A DNA stretch of 64,000 nucleotides, taken from positions 4,018 to 68,017 of the forward strand of contig CAWGPM010000016.1 of assembly GCA_963824415.1 (NCBI GenBank), read 5' to 3'. The notes beneath the pieces were generated by a model. That model was not told the origin of the DNA and ran no database searches. It was given only the letters and a program-made list of their open reading frames with translations. This DNA is from an uncultured delta proteobacterium (GTDB lineage: Bacteria > Desulfobacterota > Desulfobulbia > Desulfobulbales > Desulfocapsaceae). The position numbers were made by a program, and so were the translations under genes. Shown here piece after piece: positions 17,112-26,415 of this stretch; positions within the stretch are counted from its first letter, which is position 1, and the number at the start of each line of letters is the position of its first letter.

Positions 17112-18716
17112 CTAGCGTGAAAAGTACTCGTCATATTTAGCCTGCGCCTCATCGCCAAAAAGGTATTCGCAGGCCTCATAGATCCCTTTGAGCTTTTTGA
17201 GATCCTCATAACGGAGAAGATATTCCAGTTTCGAACGTCTCTTAAGGTAGTCCTCAAGGGTAACCACCATCTCATTTTCTCTGATATAGTCCAGCTCACA
17301 ACGACGAATACCGGTACCTTCTATCAACGGCTCGGTCATCTCGGGATTTTTCTCAATTTTATCTAGCATCTGTATGGCATGCTCGCTGTAGCGTCGCCAT
17401 AACCTGTCGCTCAACATTTCCCCGGTATCACTGGCGATACTGTGGTCCAGACCAAGCTCATAGGCCTTTTTATAATAGGCGCTCTTCACCTGATTGCCGG
17501 GCTCACCATACCATTTGCCGTCCACCGGGCTCAACTGCACACCCATCTTGCTGATTTCCTCACAGACTTCCTCACCGACATTAAGGCAATCGGTCAATTT
17601 GCCGCCAAAAATACTGATGTGATTCTTTTCATGAGACGTTTCGACCACATGTTTGCGTGACATCTGCAAAAAGTCATCCTTTGATTTCTGCCCTTTTTTC
17701 AGGACCAGGGGCCGCACTCCGCAGCGCTCCGAGATGATATCGCTAGACCCAAGAGGCTTGTTCAAGTCGAGGCGGGCATTGATATTGGACAATACGAATT
17801 CACGGTCTTCTTCGGTTACCTCGGTCTCAGGGTTTTCCACCGGGGTATCGGTGGTGCCGATACAGGTGCGGTTGGCCATGGGGATGGCAAAAAACAACCG
17901 CCCGTCATCGGCGAAAAACGCCAGTACCCTTTTCTGCCGGGCAAGGCGCGGAACGATAAGATGGATACCCTTGGAAAAGACATGTCGATACTCGGTTTCG
18001 ACCCCCGCCAGGCCATTGAGCCTGTCCACGAAAGCCCCAGCGGCGTTTATTACTGTGTGGGCGCGTATCTCGAACTGCTCACCACTGATTTTGTCTTTAG
18101 CGGCCGCGAGCCAATTGTTTTGCGAATCATATTCACCCTTGATGTACTCCACATAGTTCGCCGCCACACATCCCTTATCCATCGCGCTGCGGATAAAATT
18201 GAAGACGAAACGGGCGTCGTTGTCCTGCAGATAGGCATCGGAGTATTCAACCCCACCCCGGCTGTCATTGACGTTGACGAGCGGCTCAGCATTTTTTATC
18301 CGAGAAGTGGAAAATAGAGATGGTGCTCGTGTCTGCCCCCGACCGAAAAGCCAATAGATCCAGGTGCCGATCAGCATCAGCCAGGGCGGAATGCGAGTTT
18401 TTTTCGACAGCGTGCTCAGAAAGCGAATCTCCGTGACCGTGGAGGGGAAACTGCGCAGCAACTCATTTCTGGATTTACACAAATTGTTTACCAGGCCGAA
18501 TTCATAGCTTTCCATGTATTTAATCCCGCCCCAGATCAGGTTTGAGCTGTACTGGCTGGTGAATCCGGCGAAATCACGCGAATCGATGAGCGCCACTCTG
18601 GCCCCGCGGGCAGCAAGCGCAGCCGCGCACACGGCTCCGTTCATGCCGCCGCCAATAATCAACACATCGAAGGAATCAGTTTCGAGTTTCTGAATGTTTT
18701 GGTTTCTCAATTTCAT
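17112..18716 (-). CDS. glpD: FAD-dependent glycerol-3-phosphate dehydrogenase
   Basis: FDVLIIGGGMNGAVCAAALAARG dinucleotide fold, 534 aa, GlpD/GlpA-like throughout. Last gene of the glycerol cluster. Confidence 0.85.
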   Translation of the reverse strand: MKLRNQNIQKLETDSFDVLIIGGGMNGAVCAAALAARGARVALIDSRDFAGFTSQYSSNLIWGGIKYMESYEFGLVNNLCKSRNELLRSFPSTVTEIRFLSTLSKKTRIPPWLMLIGTWIYWLFGRGQTRAPSLFSTSRIKNAEPLVNVNDSRGGVEYSDAYLQDNDARFVFNFIRSAMDKGCVAANYVEYIKGEYDSQNNWLAAAKDKISGEQFEIRAHTVINAAGAFVDRLNGLAGVETEYRHVFSKGIHLIVPRLARQKRVLAFFADDGRLFFAIPMANRTCIGTTDTPVENPETEVTEEDREFVLSNINARLDLNKPLGSSDIISERCGVRPLVLKKGQKSKDDFLQMSRKHVVETSHEKNHISIFGGKLTDCLNVGEEVCEEISKMGVQLSPVDGKWYGEPGNQVKSAYYKKAYELGLDHSIASDTGEMLSDRLWRRYSEHAIQMLDKIEKNPEMTEPLIEGTGIRRCELDYIRENEMVVTLEDYLKRRSKLEYLLRYEDLKKLKGIYEACEYLFGDEAQAKYDEYFSR

Positions 18717-18835
18717 AGTATTTGTTCCGACGTATCATCTAGGCCAGTCTCGCTAACCGGGAGAGGTTGCCTAAGATCTACCCATTTTGGGGTTGCCGGC
18801 AGGCAGGTCGAGCAACCGGATTGATTCGGCTATGG

Positions 18836-19117
18836 CTAAACATATTTGAAGACAAACACGAACCAGACGATGGAGATGATGAGCCCACCCCAAAGTGGGG
18901 GGCCGTAAAACGCGAGCCAGCCCATATTGATGAATCCGGTTCCCAGCCAGGAGATAAATAGTCGATCTCCTCGTGTCGTATCCAGACCCAAAATACCCCG
19001 CTTCGGGTTGCCGCCAGGACTGTAGCGCTCCCAGACACCCATGGTGACAATCGATAATACAATGACAATGAAAAACGAGGCTGTCGGCCACGTCCATGCC
19101 ATCCAGGATAAACCCAT
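18836..19117 (-). CDS. DUF2160-type small integral membrane protein
   Basis: 93 aa, 3 hydrophobic segments (MGLSWMAWTWPTASFFIVIVL...). Position after the two permeases matches the rhizobial-type glycerol ABC operon as I recall it. Confidence 0.7.
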   Translation of the reverse strand: MGLSWMAWTWPTASFFIVIVLSIVTMGVWERYSPGGNPKRGILGLDTTRGDRLFISWLGTGFINMGWLAFYGPPLWGGLIISIVWFVFVFKYV

Positions 19118-19133
19118 AATCTATCCTCCTCGA

Positions 19134-19952
19134 CTAAACTCGTCCGAGGGCAAAGCCCTTGGCGATGTAGTTGCGTACAAAATAAATCACGATCGCACCA
19201 GGTATGATGGTGAGCGACCCGGCGGCGGCCAGCAGGCCCAGCTCGTATCCCGAGCTGCTTGCCGTTCGGGTCATCGTTGCGGCAATCGGTTTGGCCGCCA
19301 CTGAAGTCAGTGTTTTCGCCAGCAGAAGCTCCACCCACGAATACATGAAACAGAAGAACATCGTCACCCCGATGCCGGCGGCGATGGTCGGAATAAAAAT
19401 ACGGATGAAAAATCTCCAGAACGAGTACCCGTCCAGAAATGCAGTTTCATCGAGTTCCTTCGGCACACCTGACATGAAGCCCTCGAGAATCCAGACGGCA
19501 AGGGGAATATTGAACAGACAGTGAGCCAGGGCCACAGCAATGTGCGTATCGAACAGGTTGATGGCGGAGTATAACTGGAAGAACGGCAGCGCAAATACCG
19601 CCGGAGGGGCCATGCGGTTGGTGAGCAGCCAGAAGAACAGGTGCTTGTCACCCAGGAAGCGGTAGCGTGAGAACGCATACGCGGCCGGCAAGGCGACCGT
19701 AACCGAGATAATGGTATTGATCACCACATAAATGATCGAATTGATGTAGCCGTTGTACCAGGTCGGATCGGTGAAGATGACCTTGTAATTCGCCAGGGTG
19801 AAATCCTGGGGAAAGAATGAAAAACCGCCCAGGATCTCATTGGTCGTCTTAAAGGACATGGAAAGCAGACCATAGATCGGCAGCATCAAAAACAGAATGT
19901 AGAGGGTCGGCACCAGCCAATTCTTGGAACGGATCATCTCACTGCTCCTCAT
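19134..19952 (-). CDS. carbohydrate ABC transporter permease
   Basis: 272 aa, 6 TM, with EAA-like loop (VPKELDETAFLDGYSFWRFF). Overlaps the upstream permease by 14 nt. Confidence 0.9.
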   Translation of the reverse strand: MRSSEMIRSKNWLVPTLYILFLMLPIYGLLSMSFKTTNEILGGFSFFPQDFTLANYKVIFTDPTWYNGYINSIIYVVINTIISVTVALPAAYAFSRYRFLGDKHLFFWLLTNRMAPPAVFALPFFQLYSAINLFDTHIAVALAHCLFNIPLAVWILEGFMSGVPKELDETAFLDGYSFWRFFIRIFIPTIAAGIGVTMFFCFMYSWVELLLAKTLTSVAAKPIAATMTRTASSSGYELGLLAAAGSLTIIPGAIVIYFVRNYIAKGFALGRV

Positions 19953-20802
19953 TTCGCATCATAATGGTGTAGAACGCCCAGCAGATCAGCAATACCATGA
20001 GAAAATAGATCAGCGACATGGCCGCCGCCGGTCCCAGATCGAATTGACCGAGGGCAATCTTGACCAGGTCGATGGACAGAAAGGTCGTGGTATTTCCGGG
20101 TCCGCCGCCGGTTAACACGAACGGTTCGGTATAGATCATAAAACTGTCCATGAAGCGCAGTAGGATGGCGATGGTCAGCACCCGCTTCATCTTCGGCAGC
20201 TGGATATAGCGAAATATTGCCCAGCGGCTGGCCCCATCTATGTGCGCTGCCTGATAGTAGTCGTCGGATATCGAGCTCAGGCCGGCATAACAGAGCAGTA
20301 CGATCAGTGAGGTCCAGTGCCACACATCCATGACCACTGTGGTCATCCAGGCGGATATCGGCTGATTGGTAAAATTGTAGTCGATGCCGATCGAGTTCAG
20401 GGTGTAGCCCAGCAGGCCGATCTCCGGCAGCGCGAAGATATTCCACATCGCGCCGACCACGTTCCAGGGAATGAGAAGAGGCAGCGCCATCAGCACCAGA
20501 CAGACGGAGACCCAGGGACCTTTGCGCGGCATGGTCAGCGCAACGCCGATACCCAGCGGCACCTCGATGACCAGGATCATGCCGGTGAAAACCAGCTGCC
20601 GAACCAGGGATGCATGAAAACGGGGCGAACGCAGCACCTGTTCGAACCAGGTCGTGCCTTCCCAGAAAAACACGTTGTCGCCGAAGGTTTCCTGAAAGGC
20701 GTAATTGACGACCGTCATCAATGGGATAAAGGCATTGAAGGCCACCAGGATCAGGACCGGCACCACCAGCCACCAGGCCTTATTGTTCTGAGTTTTATTC
20801 AT
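19939..20802 (-). CDS. carbohydrate ABC transporter permease
   Basis: 287 aa, 6 TM, with EAA-like loop (DDYYQAAHIDGASRWAIFRYIQLP). Confidence 0.9.
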   Translation of the reverse strand: MNKTQNNKAWWLVVPVLILVAFNAFIPLMTVVNYAFQETFGDNVFFWEGTTWFEQVLRSPRFHASLVRQLVFTGMILVIEVPLGIGVALTMPRKGPWVSVCLVLMALPLLIPWNVVGAMWNIFALPEIGLLGYTLNSIGIDYNFTNQPISAWMTTVVMDVWHWTSLIVLLCYAGLSSISDDYYQAAHIDGASRWAIFRYIQLPKMKRVLTIAILLRFMDSFMIYTEPFVLTGGGPGNTTTFLSIDLVKIALGQFDLGPAAAMSLIYFLMVLLICWAFYTIMMRNEEQ

Positions 20803-21874
20803 TGACCGCCTCCTCGACCACCCAGTCGTCGCAATAGACTTTGGTGTGGTGTGGGTCGAATTGAATCCTGGGATTCTCGGACGGAATCGTTTGGTCTTCC
20901 GTCATCACCATTTTGATTATCTCTGATTCATGCGTCAGGGTGAGTACTTGATAGCGCCCCAGATCCTCAACCTTTTCAATACTCACCGGGATACCGTCAT
21001 CTGCAAACTCAACGAATTCAGGGCGGATACCGACCTCGAGCTTGCCCTGCAAGTCACCCTTGATCCGCTTCGGAATTGTCAGGGGGCTCCTGCAGAAAAC
21101 CGGCTGACCGGCATCAATGGTGCAGGGCAGAATATTCATTCCGGGAGAACCGATGAAATAGCCCACAAAGGTATGTCGAGGGTGGTTGAACAGTTCTACC
21201 GGTGTACCCACCTGGACCACGGTGCCTTCGTACATGACCACCACCTTTTCTGCAAAGGTCAGCGCCTCAATCTGGTCGTGGGTGACATAGATCATGGTCA
21301 TCCCCACCTGCTGATGCAGTTCCTTCAGTTTTGATCGGAGCTGCCATTTCAGATGGGGATCAATCACCGTTAAAGGTTCATCAAACAGGATCGCATTCAC
21401 ATTAGAACGGACCAGGCCTCGACCAAGAGAGATCTTCTGCTTACCATCGGCTGTGAGTCCTGATGCCCGCTTCTTGAGGTTGGTGGAGAGATCAAGCATT
21501 TCCGCGATCTGTTCGACGCGTTCTGTTACCAGTTTCTCATCCATTCCCCGGTTGCGCAGCGGGAAGGCCAGATTATCAAATACGGTCATGGTGTCATAGA
21601 CCACCGGGAACTGGAATACCTGGGCTATCTGCCTTTCTGAGGTAGGAAGATGGGTCACCTCTTTGCCGTCAAAAAGTATTTCGCCCTCTGATGGCGTTAA
21701 CAAACCGGAAATGATATTAAGCAGGGTTGTCTTGCCGCAACCCGAGGGGCCCAGCAGGGCATAAGCGCCGCCGTCTTCCCACACCAGGTTTATTTCATTG
21801 AGCGCATAAACCGGTTCCTGCCCCTTCGGCTGAGGATAGGCATGTCTGACATCTCTGAATCTGATTTGTGCCAT
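20795..21874 (-). CDS. ABC transporter ATP-binding protein (MalK/UgpC-like)
   Basis: Walker A GPSGCGKTT, signature-like SLGRG region, Walker B ILFDEPL, C-terminal TOBE-like domain. Confidence 0.9.
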   Translation of the reverse strand: MAQIRFRDVRHAYPQPKGQEPVYALNEINLVWEDGGAYALLGPSGCGKTTLLNIISGLLTPSEGEILFDGKEVTHLPTSERQIAQVFQFPVVYDTMTVFDNLAFPLRNRGMDEKLVTERVEQIAEMLDLSTNLKKRASGLTADGKQKISLGRGLVRSNVNAILFDEPLTVIDPHLKWQLRSKLKELHQQVGMTMIYVTHDQIEALTFAEKVVVMYEGTVVQVGTPVELFNHPRHTFVGYFIGSPGMNILPCTIDAGQPVFCRSPLTIPKRIKGDLQGKLEVGIRPEFVEFADDGIPVSIEKVEDLGRYQVLTLTHESEIIKMVMTEDQTIPSENPRIQFDPHHTKVYCDDWVVEEAVNE

Positions 21875-21891
21875 GGTGCAACCTGTCTGGA

Positions 21892-22950
21892 TTATAGATC
21901 AATCAATTGGTCATCGGTTCCGAAATACATGCAGTGGCTGGCATCAAAATAAATGCGGACTTTTTCACCATATTCGAAGGCATGAATCCCCTGGGTCTGA
22001 CTGACCCAGACGTTACCATTTACCCTGATGCGGATAATCGATTCGGAGCCGCTGATCTCGGCGATCTGAACCGTGCCGTTTACTTCGACTCCCTGCCCCG
22101 ACAACAGCAGATGATGGGGTCGCAGTCCAATCTTGTATTCGCCATCGGGCAGGGCGGCAAATTGTTCGGGAACCCTCCAGGAAGCAACCTTTCCCAAAAC
22201 AGCCTGATCCCCTCTCTTGCTGATGGCTGCCGAATTGATCGGCGGGTCCGAGAACACCTCTGCACTTTCCATGGTGGCCGGCTTGCGATAGATGGCTGAA
22301 GTCTTGCCAAACTGAACCACCCGACCTTCTTTTAAGGTTGCGGTATTGCCTCCCAGCATCAGAGCCTCGAGCGGTTCTGTGGTTGCGTAAACTACTGTGG
22401 CACCGGTATCGGCAAACAATTTCGGCAATTCGTCTCGGAGTTCTTCGCGCAGCTTATAGTCAAGATTGGCCAGAGGCTCATCCAGCAATACGAGCTCGGC
22501 ACCTTTTACCAGAGCCCGCGCCAGCGCTGTTCGCTGTTGTTGGCCGCCGGAAAGTTCTCTGGGCAATCGGTGGAGCATCGGGGTCAATTTGAGGAGATCT
22601 GCAAAACGGTGAACTTTTTCGTCGATTTCCTGCTTGTTTAATCCCGCCACTTTGAGAGGTGAGGCAATATTATCGTAAACGCTGAAACTGGGATAATTGA
22701 TAAAGGACTGATAGACCATCGCCACGCTGCGTTGCTGCACGGGGAGACGGGTAACGTTTTTACCACTGGCCCAGATCTCCCCAGTGGTGGGTTTCTCAAG
22801 CCCTGCCATCAAGCGCATCAGGGTAGTTTTCCCGCTGAGCGTTGTGCCGAGCAGAATGTTGAATCCACCGGGCTCCAGAGTGAGCGAGGTTTCATAGATA
22901 TGCGGCTCTGCGCCAACCCGGAATGTTATATTTCTCAGTTCGATAGACAT
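21892..22950 (-). CDS. ABC transporter ATP-binding protein (second ATPase)
   Basis: Walker A GTTLSGKTT, signature LSGGQQQR, Walker B LVLLDEPL. Confidence 0.9.
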   Translation of the reverse strand: MSIELRNITFRVGAEPHIYETSLTLEPGGFNILLGTTLSGKTTLMRLMAGLEKPTTGEIWASGKNVTRLPVQQRSVAMVYQSFINYPSFSVYDNIASPLKVAGLNKQEIDEKVHRFADLLKLTPMLHRLPRELSGGQQQRTALARALVKGAELVLLDEPLANLDYKLREELRDELPKLFADTGATVVYATTEPLEALMLGGNTATLKEGRVVQFGKTSAIYRKPATMESAEVFSDPPINSAAISKRGDQAVLGKVASWRVPEQFAALPDGEYKIGLRPHHLLLSGQGVEVNGTVQIAEISGSESIIRIRVNGNVWVSQTQGIHAFEYGEKVRIYFDASHCMYFGTDDQLIDL

Positions 22951-22970
22951 GGTGTTGTTCTAGCCTTTCT

Positions 22971-23747
22971 CTAAGTCGCAGATTTTGCGATCCTCACATC
23001 AACATTATTCTGTCGGCATAATTCAACAAACTCGACTGAAATACCTTCGTCGGTGACCAGAATGTCGATATCGGCGAGCGTCCCGACCTTAATCGGGGCA
23101 GTGCGCTCGAGCTTCATTGAATCGGTGACCAGAATGACAGAGCGGGCTTGCCTGATGATGGCCTGGGTGATGCGCACCTCGCGCAGGTCATAGTCCAGTA
23201 TCTCACCTGAATCGTCGATGGCTGAGCAACCGATAATTGCATAATCCGGTTTAAATCTGTAAATAAACTCTTCGGTGCTGGTGCCAACGATGCCGCCATC
23301 CGAGGAGCGTATCAGGCCTCCAGCTATCATGACCTCTATGTGGGGGCGCGGCCATAGTGTGCTTGCCACATTGATATTGTTGGTGATCACCAGGATGGAA
23401 TTGTGACTCGTAAGAAACTCGGCCACTCGCTCTGTGGTGGTTCCGAGGTTTATGTACATCGACGAGTTATCTGGGATGATTTCGGAAGTGCACCTGGCAA
23501 TCGCGGTTTTTTCATCAGCCATCAGAATTTTTCTTGCACCGTAGCCCAGATTCTCAACGGTATTCTTCATGACTGCTCCGCCTCGGACGCGCTGGACGAG
23601 CTCAGAGTCATAGAGCTGGTTCAGGTCGCGTCGTATGGTCTGCGGAGTGACTTGTAAATGTTGGGCCAGTTGATCAACCTGTACAGAACCATACTCATGG
23701 ATATAATCCATGATCAGGCGCTGCCGCATGCTTATATCAGATTTCAT
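22971..23747 (-). CDS. glpR: DeoR family repressor, GlpR-like
   Basis: N-terminal wHTH RQRLIMDYIHEYGSVQVDQLAQHLQVTPQTIRRDL plus a DeoR C-terminal sugar-phosphate-binding domain. Embedded in the glycerol cluster. Confidence 0.75.
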   Translation of the reverse strand: MKSDISMRQRLIMDYIHEYGSVQVDQLAQHLQVTPQTIRRDLNQLYDSELVQRVRGGAVMKNTVENLGYGARKILMADEKTAIARCTSEIIPDNSSMYINLGTTTERVAEFLTSHNSILVITNNINVASTLWPRPHIEVMIAGGLIRSSDGGIVGTSTEEFIYRFKPDYAIIGCSAIDDSGEILDYDLREVRITQAIIRQARSVILVTDSMKLERTAPIKVGTLADIDILVTDEGISVEFVELCRQNNVDVRIAKSAT

Positions 23748-23870
23748 GCTTGGACACTGGCTGGAAAATGATGTTGGGACTGAAAAGTTGATGATGAACT
23801 AACTCAAACTCAGGGCCCACCGCAAGGCAGGCCCCGAGCCCACTGGTCAGGTCAGGTACTCACCGGATAG

Positions 23871-25601
23871 TTATTTCATCCAGCGTTTAACCAGTTCATC
23901 GTAATTCACCGTTTCTCCTTGAGGTTTCTCGTTGGCCAGCTTGGCTTTCGGAGAGCCGGGTTTGTCCAGCCACATGGCAGGATCAGACTTCTCGTTCAGT
24001 CTCGGGCCGCAGCCGCCGTAAGTGTTGGCTTTCTCGTCAGCAACCTGCATACGGGCCATGACCAGATCCATTTCCTCGGCAAGACGGTCCATGGCCTGTT
24101 GCGGGGTAAAAGCACCGGAGTTTACGTCACCAATCTGCTGCCACCAGATCTGCGCCAGTTTCGGGTAGTCAGGTACGTTTACGCCAGTCGGCGACCACAT
24201 GACACGGTCGGGCGAACGGTAAAACTCAACCAGACCGCCGAGCTTCGGAGCACGCTCGGTAAAAGATTTGTCATTGACCGTACTCTCGCGGATGAAGGTC
24301 AGCCCGACATGGCTCTTTTTGGTATCCACAGTCTTTGAAACCACGAACTGCGAATAGAGCCAGGCTGCCTTGCGGCGATCAACTGGGGTTGATTTGAACA
24401 AGGTCCACGATCCGGCATCCTGATATCCCAGTTTCTGGCCTTCTTCCCAATAGGGGCCATGGGGTGAGGGAGCCATACGCCACAGCGGTATGCCATTGTC
24501 ATCAACCGTGTTGTTGCCTTCCGACTTGGGCGCCACCATGGAGGCGGTGAAGGCGGTGTACCAGAAGATCTGCTGGGCGACATTTCCTTGAGAAAGCGCA
24601 GGCAGGGACTGGTAGAAGTCATAGCTTGCCGCACCTGGAGGAGCATATTTGCGCAGCCACTCGTCCCATTTGCGAATTGCATATACCGCAGCAGGGCTGT
24701 TGGCAGCACCACCGCGAGATACCGACGCACCCACGGGATTACAGGTGCCTTCCTCCATGCGAATTCCCCACTCATCAACAGGGATACCGTTAGGCAGCCC
24801 TTTGCTGCCGGCGCCCGCCATGGAGAGCCAGGCATCGGTCATCCGCCAGCCAAGGTCTGGTGCCCGCTTGCCATAATCCATATGACCATAAATTTGCACT
24901 CCATCGATTTCCTTGACATCATCTGTAAAAAATTCAGCGATATCCTCATAGGCGGACCAGTTTACCGGTACACCCAGTTCATAGCCGTATTTGGCTTTGA
25001 ATTTTTCTTTCAGATCAGGACGATCAAACCAGTCTTTGCGGAACCAGTAGAGATTGGCAAACTGCTGATCGGGAAGTTGGTACAGCTTGCCGTCAGGTCC
25101 GGTGGTAAAAGATTTACCGATGAAATCGTCAATATCCAGATACGGATTGGTAACGTCTTTGCCTTCGCCTGCCATCCAGTCCGACAGATTGACTGCAAGC
25201 TGCAGGCGCGAATGGGTACCAATCAGGTCTGAATCATTGATATAGGCGTCATAGAGATTGCGATTGGTCTGCATCTGGGTCTGTACCGCCTGGACAACCT
25301 CACCTTCACCAAGCAACTGGTGGTTGACCTTGATACCGGTGATATCCTCAAATGCTTTAGTCAGGGTTTTTGACTCATACTCATGGGTAGGAATGGTTTC
25401 GGACAAGACGTTGATTTCCATTCCGGCAAAAGGCTTGGCGGCGTTGATGAACCATTCCATTTCCTTCAGCTGCTCACTTTTTGATAAAACCGAAGGTTGG
25501 AATTCCTCATCGATCCATTTCTTTGCTTCATCAACACCAGCAGATACGTTTGAAACACTAAATGCGGCTACAGCTGTGAATAATGCAATCTTTTTTAACA
25601 T
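23871..25601 (-). CDS. large extracellular solute-binding protein of the glycerol-type ABC system
   Basis: Signal peptide MLKKIALFTAVAAFSVSNVSA, 576 aa, family-1 SBP-like. First gene of the cluster. Start ATG 25601 follows GGGAGG; the track ORF extends to 25655. Confidence 0.8.
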   Translation of the reverse strand: MLKKIALFTAVAAFSVSNVSAGVDEAKKWIDEEFQPSVLSKSEQLKEMEWFINAAKPFAGMEINVLSETIPTHEYESKTLTKAFEDITGIKVNHQLLGEGEVVQAVQTQMQTNRNLYDAYINDSDLIGTHSRLQLAVNLSDWMAGEGKDVTNPYLDIDDFIGKSFTTGPDGKLYQLPDQQFANLYWFRKDWFDRPDLKEKFKAKYGYELGVPVNWSAYEDIAEFFTDDVKEIDGVQIYGHMDYGKRAPDLGWRMTDAWLSMAGAGSKGLPNGIPVDEWGIRMEEGTCNPVGASVSRGGAANSPAAVYAIRKWDEWLRKYAPPGAASYDFYQSLPALSQGNVAQQIFWYTAFTASMVAPKSEGNNTVDDNGIPLWRMAPSPHGPYWEEGQKLGYQDAGSWTLFKSTPVDRRKAAWLYSQFVVSKTVDTKKSHVGLTFIRESTVNDKSFTERAPKLGGLVEFYRSPDRVMWSPTGVNVPDYPKLAQIWWQQIGDVNSGAFTPQQAMDRLAEEMDLVMARMQVADEKANTYGGCGPRLNEKSDPAMWLDKPGSPKAKLANEKPQGETVNYDELVKRWMK

Positions 25602-25603
25602 GA

Positions 25604-25727
25604 AGATGACCTCCCTAAGCTGTTGGTATAGCGGATTTGTACGGCCTGCATGCATTAACTAAATCTTCAGATGACCTCCTTAAGCTGTTGATTTAACGGT
25701 TTTGTACCGACTCCTTTTCATTAACTA
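25604..25727 (-). repeat. tandem duplication (2 x ~60 bp, period 65) of the SBP leader, including its Shine-Dalgarno
   Basis: Unit 1 is 25604..25661 and unit 2 is 25669..25727. Both begin agatgacctcc(c/t)taagctgttg and end cattaacta, and are ~75% identical. Confidence 0.85.
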
Positions 25728-25733
25728 CATTTT

Positions 25734-25791
25734 TTTCGAAAGCTCAACGAAATATTTTTCGTTTTATTCGAAAATGTTTTCGAAATATTCG
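25734..25791. promoter_or_regulatory. array of CGAAA-N-TTTCG inverted repeats, candidate GlpR/DeoR operators
   Basis: tttcgaaa (25734), cgaaatatttttcg (25748..25761), cgaaaatgttttcg (25769..25782) and cgaaatattcg (25781..25791), upstream of the SBP gene. Confidence 0.45.
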
Positions 25792-25991
25792 CTTTCTGCA
25801 TAAATGTATGTCGGCGGCGGTAATTTTTCTCCGGCTGGCCTAGCTCCTTTTTGGTGTTAATTACCAGAAGAAGGCCAACTGGTCTAATACCTGGAAACGA
25901 TAATCCTCAATGGAAAATCAGCCATTATTTTTTTCGAGGTCCGCAGATGCAAGCTCAGTTAGCTCGGGCCGCACAATATCTGCAAATATGT

Positions 25992-26140
25992 AAGGGTACC
26001 TTGCAAAATGAGGATTTTAGTTCAAAATCAAGGCGCGTGTGAAAATTTTGCCGCAGGCATATAATTGATATTGAGAGGATAAAATTTTTACACGCAACGC
26101 AGCGTTTGGGCAAAAAGACAATTTTGCAAGGTAGCCGTAA
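25992..26140 (-). repeat. family-1 repeat, full copy C2 (inverted relative to C1)
   Basis: taaGGGTACCTTGCAAAATGAGGATTTT...GACAATTTTGCAAGGTAGCCgtaa. Confidence 0.9.
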
Positions 26141-26415
26141 ATGTTACAGGCCAGCCGAAAAGCAGCCTTGAGTTGGAAGCAAAAGAGCCAGTCATTTCTG
26201 GCCTGATAAATATAACCCAATGGTAATCGATTGTGGTTGGACAGCATGACGTACATGCTGATTATAGTTGATAGGGTTATCTGCCATCCTGCATGCCCCA
26301 GATCTGCTCCCGGTTCGGGTTACTCCTCGCCAAACCGCGTTACCTTGAAAAAGGTGGGTGAGAAGAATTTGGTTTAAACGACCTTTTTGGGCTGATGGTC
26401 CAGAATAGAGCGAAT

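Noticed and set aside
23811-23836. Hairpin GGGCC-N12-GGCCC between the SBP gene and glpR, considered as a possible attenuator or terminator.
   Set aside because: It has only a 5-bp stem, a large loop and no clear U-tract on the coding strand.
26017-26256. ORFs over the repeats that appear to share peptides. Examples: KLSFCPNAALR..QLYAC at 26017..26256 and 34506..; KGYK.CCLHNC..LEQ at 34171..34353 and 37743..37943; also 37722..37904.
   Set aside because: The similarity comes from nucleotide identity of the repeats. Indels put different copies in different frames and stops are not conserved, so these are not protein families.
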